DNA from: a bacterium
GTDB lineage: Bacteria; Hinthialibacterota; Hinthialibacteria; Hinthialibacterales; Hinthialibacteraceae
NCBI GenBank assembly: GCA_963663405.2
Contig: CAXXSM010000131.1
Location: 1 to 43,056, forward strand
DNA: 43,056 nt
Direction of reading: 5' to 3'
Position numbers and translations under genes: made by a program. Below the pieces are notes generated by a model. The model was not told where the DNA came from, ran no database searches, and worked only from the letters and a program-made list of their open reading frames with translations. Of the stretch, positions 17,750 to 26,046 are shown piece after piece; positions within the stretch are counted from its first letter, which is position 1; each line of letters begins with the position of its first letter.

Positions 17750-18697
17750 ATGGTTTCCAAAAATACGAAATTTAAAAAAAACTGTACAACGTTCTTGGAT
17801 GAATTGATGAAAATGACCAAAGCGGCTTTATACAAGATCGCGCAAGCTTTAGGCATACCGGGAAGGAGTGTAATGAGTAAGGATCAATTGGCGCAGGTAT
17901 TGGATGAAAAGAAAAAGGATGTAACCTCGATTCTTTCTTCGGATGAATTGGCGGTTCATGTAGAAAAGAAGGAAGAAAAGAAAACCGCGAGCTTAAAAGC
18001 GCCTGCCCCGGCCATTACGAAAGAGCCGACTCCGATTCAGGAAACAACGGTCAAACCGCAGGAAGCCGTGTCGTCACACATCGGAGAAGTGAAAGCGGAA
18101 GAAGAACCAGCGCCGCCAAGCGGTGTCTGGGGCGGTGAGGAAGGGCCGGAATTGCCGCAGGGGTATGGAACGACGGTCCTGCGCGCTCTACCCCGCGATC
18201 CGCACTGGGTGTATGTCTATTGGGAAATCGCCGAAGAAACAAAAGCGCGAATTCGCGCCGAAAAAGGCGAATGGATATTCGATGTTTCCCAAGCGGTTCT
18301 GCGCGTCTATAACGATAAAAATGAGGTCTCGCAGGAAATTTTCGTCTTGCTGGACGCGTTAAACTGGTACATTCCTTTGGCGCCGAACACATCCTTCCAG
18401 TTTGAACTCGGTTTGAAGGACCGGGACGGGAATTACACCGCCCTTGTTCGTTCAGAACCGGTCACGATGCCTCCCGAAGATGTCAGCCAAGAGACCGATG
18501 AAGAATGGTCTGTGCTGGAAGAACAATTCGAAGAAATGCTCGAAACATCGGGAGGGATGGACTTCACACGGTGGGGCGGCTCCGCGGGCGTCATGCACCA
18601 AGTCTTGCGTCACAAAGTCCGTGTGCCCTGGTCGGTTTCCCTTGAAAATCTCCCATCATCCCACGGTTTTGTCTCTTCCCATACTACAAGGAAGTAA
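17750..18697 (+). CDS. DUF4912 domain protein with N-terminal Rho-N-like motif
   Basis: LYKIAQALGIPGRSVMSKDQL (Rho_N-like); ELPQGYG....ALPRDPHWVYVYWEI, NWYI, ELG and LVRS motifs. Confidence 0.85.
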   Translation: MVSKNTKFKKNCTTFLDELMKMTKAALYKIAQALGIPGRSVMSKDQLAQVLDEKKKDVTSILSSDELAVHVEKKEEKKTASLKAPAPAITKEPTPIQETTVKPQEAVSSHIGEVKAEEEPAPPSGVWGGEEGPELPQGYGTTVLRALPRDPHWVYVYWEIAEETKARIRAEKGEWIFDVSQAVLRVYNDKNEVSQEIFVLLDALNWYIPLAPNTSFQFELGLKDRDGNYTALVRSEPVTMPPEDVSQETDEEWSVLEEQFEEMLETSGGMDFTRWGGSAGVMHQVLRHKVRVPWSVSLENLPSSHGFVSSHTTRK

Positions 18698-18728
18698 TAT
18701 TCGCTGAATAAAAACAAAATTATCAATG

Positions 18729-18761
18729 TGGCAAGAGGATCAAACTTCTTGCCATATTTTT
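18729..18761 (+). terminator. Intrinsic terminator after DUF4912
   Basis: tggcaagagg-atcaaa-cttcttgcca stem followed by a T-rich tail. Confidence 0.7.
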
Positions 18762-18788
18762 ATGGAGCGCGGGCCTCCCGTCTGTAAT
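18762..18788 (+). repeat. REP-like element (GGAG-GCGGGC family), copy 1
   Basis: atggagcgcgggcctcccgtctgtaat is 22/27 identical to the reverse complement of 21564-21590. Confidence 0.6.
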
Positions 18789-18960
18789 ATAACGATACAA
18801 TTTTTTTCATTTCAACCTCTTGATGGTGAGAAATTAGGGCAATTTCTTTTAATTTATGGACTAAAATTAAAATAGGGATTGCATTATTTTAGTTTTTCTC
18901 CTATTATTAAAATAATAAATTTGTTATTTCAAAAAACTAAAATAACGCGGGTTGTATGAA

Positions 18961-20133
18961 ATGAAGAGAGGTTTGCAAGGCCATTTCCAAAAGGTCAATA
19001 TCTCACCGGAGCCATTTAATTCATTCATCCCGGCGCCACTTCTTCCTAATCCTTCGGTTGATTACGATGTGTCTCTTCACGATCTCTCCGAATTCGCCAA
19101 CCGCTCTCTTGGAAGTTTGAACACAATCGGCGTTTTTTTACCGGATGTTTCTCTATTCTTGTATTTCTATATACGAAAGGAAGCGGTTCTTTCATCGCAA
19201 ATCGAGGGGACTCAATCGTCTCTATCCGATCTTTTATTGTACGAATGCAAAGATTCGCCAGGCGTTCCAATTGATGATGTTGTTGAGGTTTCGAATTATG
19301 TCGCGGCGATGGATTATGGATTGAGACGTTTGCTTGAAGGATTACCTCTTTCATCCAGGTTGATTCGTGAAATCCATGGTGTGTTGTTATCGAAAGGGAG
19401 GGGAAGTGATAAAAATCCAGGAGAATTCCGCCGTAGTCAGAATTGGCTGGGGGGAACCCGCCCGGGCGATGCGGTTTTTGTACCTCCATCTCATGAGGAG
19501 GTTCCAGGTTGTATAAGCGATCTCGAGAAATTCCTTCATGATATCGAACAGCGTACACCGGTTTTAATTAAGTGCGCTCTCGCTCACGTTCAATTTGAGA
19601 CGATCCATCCCTTTTTAGATGGAAATGGACGAATCGGGCGGTTGCTGATTCCATTAATTCTCTGTTCGGAAAAAGTATTAGCCGAACCTCTGCTCTACTT
19701 GAGTTTGTATTTTAAAACGCATAGAAATAGATATTATGAACTGCTCCAGAGTGTGCGTATGGATGGGGATTGGGAATCATGGATTTGTTTCTTTTTGGAA
19801 GGGGTGCGTGATACAGCCGATCGAGCGGTTCTTGCCGCCAAAAAAATCTTACAGTTATTTGAAATCGACCGGGATAAGATTGGAGCCAAGGGGCGGGTCG
19901 CAGGTTCTGTTTTACAAATCTATCGTTTTATGCAAAAAAATCCGCTGGTTTCCGCGTCCGTCATTGTAGACCAAATCAAACTGAGTCCCGCCACAGTGAA
20001 TAAAGCCTTGTCCAATTTAGAAGATCTGGGGATTGTCCGCGAAAAAAGCGGACGAAAACGAGACCGCCTTTTTGCCTATGATGAATACCTTAATATTCTA
20101 AGTGAGGGAACGGAGCCTTTACCGAAAGGATGA
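18961..20133 (+). CDS. Fic family protein with N-terminal inhibitory motif and C-terminal HTH
   Basis: Canonical HPFLDGNGRIGR; SSQIEG matches (S/T)xxxE(G/N); C-terminal LSPATVNKALSNLEDLGIV is winged-HTH-like. Confidence 0.93.
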   Translation: MKRGLQGHFQKVNISPEPFNSFIPAPLLPNPSVDYDVSLHDLSEFANRSLGSLNTIGVFLPDVSLFLYFYIRKEAVLSSQIEGTQSSLSDLLLYECKDSPGVPIDDVVEVSNYVAAMDYGLRRLLEGLPLSSRLIREIHGVLLSKGRGSDKNPGEFRRSQNWLGGTRPGDAVFVPPSHEEVPGCISDLEKFLHDIEQRTPVLIKCALAHVQFETIHPFLDGNGRIGRLLIPLILCSEKVLAEPLLYLSLYFKTHRNRYYELLQSVRMDGDWESWICFFLEGVRDTADRAVLAAKKILQLFEIDRDKIGAKGRVAGSVLQIYRFMQKNPLVSASVIVDQIKLSPATVNKALSNLEDLGIVREKSGRKRDRLFAYDEYLNILSEGTEPLPKG

Positions 20134-20166
20134 GTGTTTCATTATTGTTAACTTGCTTTTATTTAT

Positions 20167-20224
20167 ATGAAAATGAGTTTCTAAGGCTTACTCGTTCGAG
20201 ATTACTCCCGCAACTCATTTTCAT
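20167..20224. repeat. Small inverted-repeat element, copy B
   Basis: atgaaaatgagtt (20167-20179) and aactcattttcat (20212-20224) form a perfect 13-bp IR between convergent genes. Confidence 0.7.
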
Positions 20225-20267
20225 TTGCAGTTGTGATCTCGATCATGGTGGTTCTTAGGCTGAACAA

Positions 20268-21470
20268 TCAAACATTTCCTGCGCTAAAAAAGAAACCTGG
20301 TTTCCAATATTGATCGAATTCAAGGATATCAAGATTCCCGTTTAAAACATCAATCACGATGTTGTCCGGCGCGCTTAGCAGATTTTCACGTAAAATAAAC
20401 ACTGTATCCGAAGGATAATTCATTGGAACGCCTTCCCAGGGCCAACGCGCCGGTAAACAACCATGCGATTCAGACAGAGAATCCTGCTTGGAAAGCAGGT
20501 TGTGGATAAATTCTTTCGCACGCTCAGGATTGCCCGCCGTAATCGGAACAGCGGCCGCCGCCGCGTAGCAGATCACACTCATTTTGTCCGGCGATGGGAT
20601 ACTTGTAACAAACACTTGATCCCGCATCGATTCAGGCAGTGATCGGTAGGCCGAATACCGCGCAAACGTTATGATGGACTTGGTTTCAAGGAACGCTTCG
20701 AGAGTTTTTACGTCCGGAATTTTCTCAATGGGATTTTCCTCGTCCATGAATTGCTTAAACACCTTCAATCCACGGGTTAACACGGTGGATTCGTCCCACA
20801 CTTCTCGTGGTTTTTCTATATCCTTATGCAATGAAAACTTATCATATCCGAGCGCCAGCTGATGCGCGGCGATACTATCCGTCAATCCACACCCCCCCCG
20901 CCAGATAAAGCGGAATAGTGGATAACTCCCATTCCCTGTCGAGACCGCCAAACCGCCCATTAATTCCACTTTCGGCCACGTCGATGGAGGCTTTTCCTCA
21001 CCTGAGCTTTGCACGGCGGTCTTTTTTGTCACCATCACCATTGGATCGATCATCAACGGAGCCGCCCAGCATGTATCCGCCTGCTGTCCCGCGTATGCGG
21101 TGTCCAATAGTGGGGGAATAACCGCTTCAGTCGCGGAGAGAGGATAAAATGATTCCAATCGTGTCCGGCAGGCGCCGTTTAGAACGGAGGGAAACAGAGC
21201 GACATCCGCTTCTTTCAAATGTTCAAGAATTTCTGATAGTGAAGCGCCTGGCTCAACGGTTTCCACTGTCGCGCCTACGATCAAATCCGGATGCGCTTTG
21301 GCATAGTCCTGTGCCGTCTGGCGGAACAAATCACCCTTTAATTCATCCGCGCAATTTAAAATAATAACATTCAGCCTTTCCTTCGGTTGTTCTTCCTTCT
21401 TGATAAGAAAAAAGAAAACAAAAAGAATGAAAACGACGACAACCACTCCTAAAATATGTGACTGTTTCAT
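20268..21470 (-). CDS. Membrane-anchored protein, divergent extracellular solute-binding-like
   Basis: Single N-terminal TM; YAKAHPD, ADVALF, WAAPL..DPMVM and NPERAKEFI resemble family 1 sugar-binding proteins; no adjacent ABC permeases. Confidence 0.55.
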   Translation of the reverse strand: MKQSHILGVVVVVFILFVFFFLIKKEEQPKERLNVIILNCADELKGDLFRQTAQDYAKAHPDLIVGATVETVEPGASLSEILEHLKEADVALFPSVLNGACRTRLESFYPLSATEAVIPPLLDTAYAGQQADTCWAAPLMIDPMVMVTKKTAVQSSGEEKPPSTWPKVELMGGLAVSTGNGSYPLFRFIWRGGCGLTDSIAAHQLALGYDKFSLHKDIEKPREVWDESTVLTRGLKVFKQFMDEENPIEKIPDVKTLEAFLETKSIITFARYSAYRSLPESMRDQVFVTSIPSPDKMSVICYAAAAAVPITAGNPERAKEFIHNLLSKQDSLSESHGCLPARWPWEGVPMNYPSDTVFILRENLLSAPDNIVIDVLNGNLDILEFDQYWKPGFFFSAGNV

Positions 21471-21563
21471 CTGCCCCTTTAAATCCTTTCCACATTAAAT
21501 TCAATTTTGAATACCGTCGCGTATAGCGAGTTTTCTATTTTTTACTATGTTTTGATTTGTATT

Positions 21564-21590
21564 ATTGCGGGCGGGACGCCCGCTCTCCAT
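21564..21590 (-). repeat. REP-like element (GGAG-GCGGGC family), copy 2
   Basis: Minus strand atggagagcgggcgtcccgcccgcaat with internal gcgggc/gcccgc palindrome. Confidence 0.6.
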
Positions 21591-21672
21591 TAAATCCTCG
21601 ACTGGTTGTTTCGCGAAACACCGGTGAATAACACATTTCAACGGTTTAATGGAAAAGAAGTTACGTTGGAAT

Positions 21673-23046
21673 TCACAATAAACCGTACTTCTTTCCTTTT
21701 TCCCGGATCGTTTTCCGGCTCGCTCCGGAAAGCTGGGACGCTTTGGAGATGTTGCAGTCCACATAGGAGAGAAGTTCGGATAAATAACGCTTTTCAAAAG
21801 ATTCCACCGCCTCATAAAACGAGGTATCGAGAAAAGATGATTCCGGCTGGGATGGTTCCACGGTTTCATCCTGCATGAAATTCTTGCCAAAAATCAATTC
21901 CTTAGGAGTCACCACTGTTCCTTCGGCAAGCGCCGCCGCACGGTCTACTACGATGCGCAGTTCCCGCACATTCCCCGGCCAATTGTACTGCATCAGGACA
22001 TCAATGGCTTCTGGATTGAATGATGTTGGCACTTGATCGTAGTATTCCGAGTTGTCTTTTAAAAAATAATTTGCTAAAAGTGGAATATCTTCTTTCCGCT
22101 CCCGCAACGGTGGAATTTCGATGACAAAACCACACAAGCGGTAATATAAATCTTCGCGGAAACGGCCTTTCTCCACTAGCCCCGGCAAATTTTCATTGGA
22201 GGCGGCCAAAATCCGGATATCGACGGGAATCATGGAATTATCACCAAGACGGCGCACTTTCTTCTCTTCAATCACTCGTAAGAGACGCGATTGTAGGTGC
22301 GGAGAGGCGTTTCCGACTTCATCCAGCAGCAGCGTTCCCCCATGCGCCGACTCAATCATCCCAATCCGGTCGGATGTGGATCCTGTGAACGAGCCCTGTT
22401 TGTGACCGAATAATTCACTCTCTAGTAATGTATCGGATAGCGCGCCGCAGTCGATCGGCACAAATTTTTTTCCACTCCGGGAGCTGGAATGGTGAATCGC
22501 CTGCGCCACCAATTCCTTACCCACTCCACTCTCGCCATGAATCAACACAGATCCCCGCATCCGGGCGACGTCCGGGATCAGATTGAAAATTTTCCGCATC
22601 ACCGCCGAATTGCCCACGAGATCATGAAAACGATGGTTCTCGCTATCGGCTCCTGTGATAGCCATCCGCCGTTTAACCCGATCGATATTGAATAGAATTT
22701 CCTGTGGTTCAACGGGTTTGATTAAATAATTCAACGCCCCAAGCCGCATCGCTTCCACGGCGCTGTTGATTGTGCCATAACCGGTGATAATAATCACTTC
22801 GATATCCGGCTGGCGGCGTTTCGCCTCCCGCAACAACTCTACACCGTCGATTCCATCCATCGAGAGATCGGTTAGAATCAGATCGTAGGTTTCCGTTTCC
22901 AAAGTATGGATCGCCGCGCTTCCATCCGGCGCGGAATCAACCCGGTTTCCTTCACCGGCGAGTAGATCGTTCAGCGTGGAAACCATATCCGGTTCATCAT
23001 CCACTACAAGAATCCGTAATGAAAAATCTGTCGGTTTCTGTTCCAT
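21673..23046 (-). CDS. NtrC-type sigma54-dependent response regulator (REC-AAA+-Fis HTH)
   Basis: ILVVDDE and LTDLSM receiver; Walker A GESGVGKE; ESELFGH..GSFTGS; LLDEVG; FREDLYYRL; WPGNVREL; C-terminal HTH. Confidence 0.95.
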   Translation of the reverse strand: MEQKPTDFSLRILVVDDEPDMVSTLNDLLAGEGNRVDSAPDGSAAIHTLETETYDLILTDLSMDGIDGVELLREAKRRQPDIEVIIITGYGTINSAVEAMRLGALNYLIKPVEPQEILFNIDRVKRRMAITGADSENHRFHDLVGNSAVMRKIFNLIPDVARMRGSVLIHGESGVGKELVAQAIHHSSSRSGKKFVPIDCGALSDTLLESELFGHKQGSFTGSTSDRIGMIESAHGGTLLLDEVGNASPHLQSRLLRVIEEKKVRRLGDNSMIPVDIRILAASNENLPGLVEKGRFREDLYYRLCGFVIEIPPLRERKEDIPLLANYFLKDNSEYYDQVPTSFNPEAIDVLMQYNWPGNVRELRIVVDRAAALAEGTVVTPKELIFGKNFMQDETVEPSQPESSFLDTSFYEAVESFEKRYLSELLSYVDCNISKASQLSGASRKTIREKGKKYGLL

Positions 23047-23115
23047 ACGCCTTCAACAATCCAAACCAAGTGGAAATCCATTACCCCACTCAACTGATTT
23101 AAACCAACCGGATCA

Positions 23116-23943
23116 TTAGCCTGTTTTTCGGTCCCATGAATAGGAATGGGATTTCTCTTCATTGGAACGGCCGTGGACAGCTGTCAGCACAGGCAGACAT
23201 ACGGTAAATGTGCTTCCTTTATCCAAATGGCTCTCTACTTCTATGTCCCCCCCCAGATTTCGCGCGAGATTCCGTGCGATCGTCAATCCAAGCCCCGTTC
23301 CCTGTCCGTTCTTTTTTGTCGTATAAAATTGATCGAAGATTTTCTCCAAATCCATCGCCGGCACGCCACACCCCGTGTCACATACGGAGATACGGATTCC
23401 CCGTTTCCAGGATTCGATCGACACAGCAATCGTTCCACCCCGGTCTAAACTCTGGATCGCGTTCAAGACCAGATTCATCAAGCATTCTTGAAGCGCGTGA
23501 CAATCGATCCAAAACAATGGAAGAGCCTGATAATGACGCTCCAATTTAATCCCACGTAATTCCAATTCCTTGGAAAACAGCGTCAGTAGATTGTCCACCT
23601 CCTCACAGATATCGATCTCATCATCTTTTCCGTGAGGCATTCGCGCAAGATTGAGCAGATTATCGATAAATTCCCGCGCCCGTTTAATACTCCGGTTGAT
23701 GACATCTACATTATTTTGAATCGTCGCGTCTTTTGTCTTTAAAGCGCGATCGATATTGAATGTCGCTGTGCGGATGATTCCCAGTAAATTCCGCATCTCA
23801 TGGGAGACACTGGAAGAAAGCTGTCCAATCGCGGCCATCTTCTCCATTTGAGAAAGGTTCAATGAGAGACTATCCAGCATTGTGGAATTCATGGCGGCCG
23901 TTCTTTTTTTATCGTCCGGCGTGGATAACTGTGTAACCATCAT
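23116..23943 (-). CDS. Histidine kinase (HisKA + HATPase) with no sensor domain
   Basis: H-box SHEMRNLL, N-box NLVLNAIQ, DTGCG, IFDQFYTTK and GTGLGL; only ~35 aa precede the DHp region and there is no TM. Confidence 0.9.
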   Translation of the reverse strand: MMVTQLSTPDDKKRTAAMNSTMLDSLSLNLSQMEKMAAIGQLSSSVSHEMRNLLGIIRTATFNIDRALKTKDATIQNNVDVINRSIKRAREFIDNLLNLARMPHGKDDEIDICEEVDNLLTLFSKELELRGIKLERHYQALPLFWIDCHALQECLMNLVLNAIQSLDRGGTIAVSIESWKRGIRISVCDTGCGVPAMDLEKIFDQFYTTKKNGQGTGLGLTIARNLARNLGGDIEVESHLDKGSTFTVCLPVLTAVHGRSNEEKSHSYSWDRKTG

Positions 23944-24613
23944 TCCTCATTAAATTTCATTAATTTAATTGCAATATAACAAATTTTTTTATTTTTAACA
24001 ATAAAATCTTACAATTTTAACGCTAAGCGAAATGGCTAACAACTGCTTAAAGAACAAACTCTTACACATGTATAATACCTTATAATACCTGTTGGAGTGC
24101 GTTTCAACAGTCTTTATTTCAGTAGGTTATGAGATTTTCTTTCCTATTTCAATGGCCCTGTGGAACAATTGGAACATTTATTTGAAACCATATAACGCAT
24201 TTATACTCCAACATCAACAGTCATAGATACTTAGGGTCGGGAAAGAATGCCCACTTCCTTACTAATGCTTCTTTCCTTATTGCAAATTATTTATTAAACA
24301 AGTTTCCTTTTCTGAGTAAGTTACAATTCATCCTGGAACAAGAGGGACAGGAACGGAATAAACCGACCACTTAAAAAAATGATCCTCTAATGTGTTTTCA
24401 TATCTTGAGCGTTAAATAGAACTGTTTTATGAAAGATATTTATTCAAATAATGCCTGTATCTTCTAACAGCTCTGACACGATGAGAACAGTATGAAATTT
24501 GACTCCATATTCATTCAATGAATACTATGAGTAAGAGTATTAAATTAGATTTAATCCACGTTCATGTTAGAATTTACATTTAAACCAAATTATAAACCAA
24601 CATATTAACCAAT

Positions 24614-25771
24614 TCATTCATATTTCCCATATTCTTCCACTACGTCATATAAAACTTCTAGATTCTCCGGTGGAACATGGGGCGCGACGGAGCAGGCCGC
24701 GGATAAAATATATCCACCTCCTTCTTTCGCAATCTCCACCCGTTGCTGGGCGTCCTTTTTTACCGTCTCAACAGAACCATGCAAAAGCGTGTTCACCGAA
24801 TCAATGTTTCCTTTGATAAACGCTTTCCCTCGTGTCAACGCTTTTGCGTCCGCCAATTCGACATTCCCAATTGGAGGGGGGTCCAAGCATTCGATTCCGG
24901 AGGTGTTCGATTCCAGCAATAGATCGAGCCGGTCACCGAGCGAACCGCATGTGTGCGTGCAGCAGAACGCCCCGCTCTCACAAATCGCGGTATTCAATCG
25001 CCTTTCATAGGGAAGCACAAACTCTTTGTAATGGTCGCGTGAAATCAAACTACCCCCGGCCCACGGGGAGGAGAGTGTAATCGCGTCCACTCCCGCGCTG
25101 ATCTGCTCTTTCGCCCAAAGGACACACAAATCCGCGAAACGGTCTAAAATCGCATGCGCTTTTCCTGCGTCTTCATAAATCCCTAAAAACGCTTTTTCAA
25201 ACCCAAAGAGGGCGATATAGTAATCCCAGGGGCTGAAAACTTCCCCATGCAGCGTAATATCTCCCTCCGTCATAGATTGAACCGCTTTAATCGTATCCAG
25301 CCGCGTATGGGGAACGATAGGATACTTCATCCCTTGCGAGACGGGCATCCACTCCAAAAATTCAGGAATCTCCCGGTCCGGATCGAACGCCGCAAATTCG
25401 AAAGAAGGTTCACCATTGGGCCAGACATTGTGAGGTAATTCATCCTTTGGACACACCGTATGTGTGTAGTCGAACGATCCTGGTTTCCAATGGATAACGT
25501 ATTCCTTATCATTCTCCTCGGTCCGGTCGATGCGGTTGAGAACATCCGGATCGGGACCGCAGATATTGAGAAGAATCCCATCAAACCGGTATTTCCGCTG
25601 CGCCTGTACCCACGCCCGCGCGCATCCTTCCGCCGTGTACCAGAGATCAATGGGAGAAACATCTGTTTGCAATAAAAGATGCCCGATTGACAGCTGACAC
25701 ATCACCGGGACACGGTCCGGCTCCTTCAATCCCATCGCGGCGATCATCCGCTCTTTTCCGTTCATTATCAT
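24614..25771 (-). CDS. Uroporphyrinogen decarboxylase / MtaA-CmuA methyltransferase family protein
   Basis: ERMIAAM....PDRVPV, HTCG, IKGNID and GGYILSAACSV...VPPEN motifs. Confidence 0.85.
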   Translation of the reverse strand: MIMNGKERMIAAMGLKEPDRVPVMCQLSIGHLLLQTDVSPIDLWYTAEGCARAWVQAQRKYRFDGILLNICGPDPDVLNRIDRTEENDKEYVIHWKPGSFDYTHTVCPKDELPHNVWPNGEPSFEFAAFDPDREIPEFLEWMPVSQGMKYPIVPHTRLDTIKAVQSMTEGDITLHGEVFSPWDYYIALFGFEKAFLGIYEDAGKAHAILDRFADLCVLWAKEQISAGVDAITLSSPWAGGSLISRDHYKEFVLPYERRLNTAICESGAFCCTHTCGSLGDRLDLLLESNTSGIECLDPPPIGNVELADAKALTRGKAFIKGNIDSVNTLLHGSVETVKKDAQQRVEIAKEGGGYILSAACSVAPHVPPENLEVLYDVVEEYGKYE

Positions 25772-25982
25772 CCGCCTTTCAAATTATGCGTTTTCCAACA
25801 ATCATCTATGATTTAACTTCTTTTCTCAATGTGAAGAGATGGATTTTGAATCACGGATTCCATGGAAAAAGCATGATGTCACGGATTTTTTCCTCCGTGG
25901 ATTCCGCGCGCCTTTGAGAGTTGAGTGATTCAAAGGAGCAAAGCTTAATTCCTCCAGAGAAGTAACCAAAATTTGATATAAT

Positions 25983-26018
25983 AAAACCGCCGCTTTCGGA
26001 AAAATCCAAAGGCGGCGG
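25983..26018 (-). terminator. Intrinsic terminator after the Gfo/Idh/MocA gene
   Basis: Minus strand ccgccgcctttgga-tttt-tccgaaagcggcgg followed by tttt. Confidence 0.65.
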
Positions 26019-26046
26019 AGAAGAATGTTTCTATAAAAAATAATGG

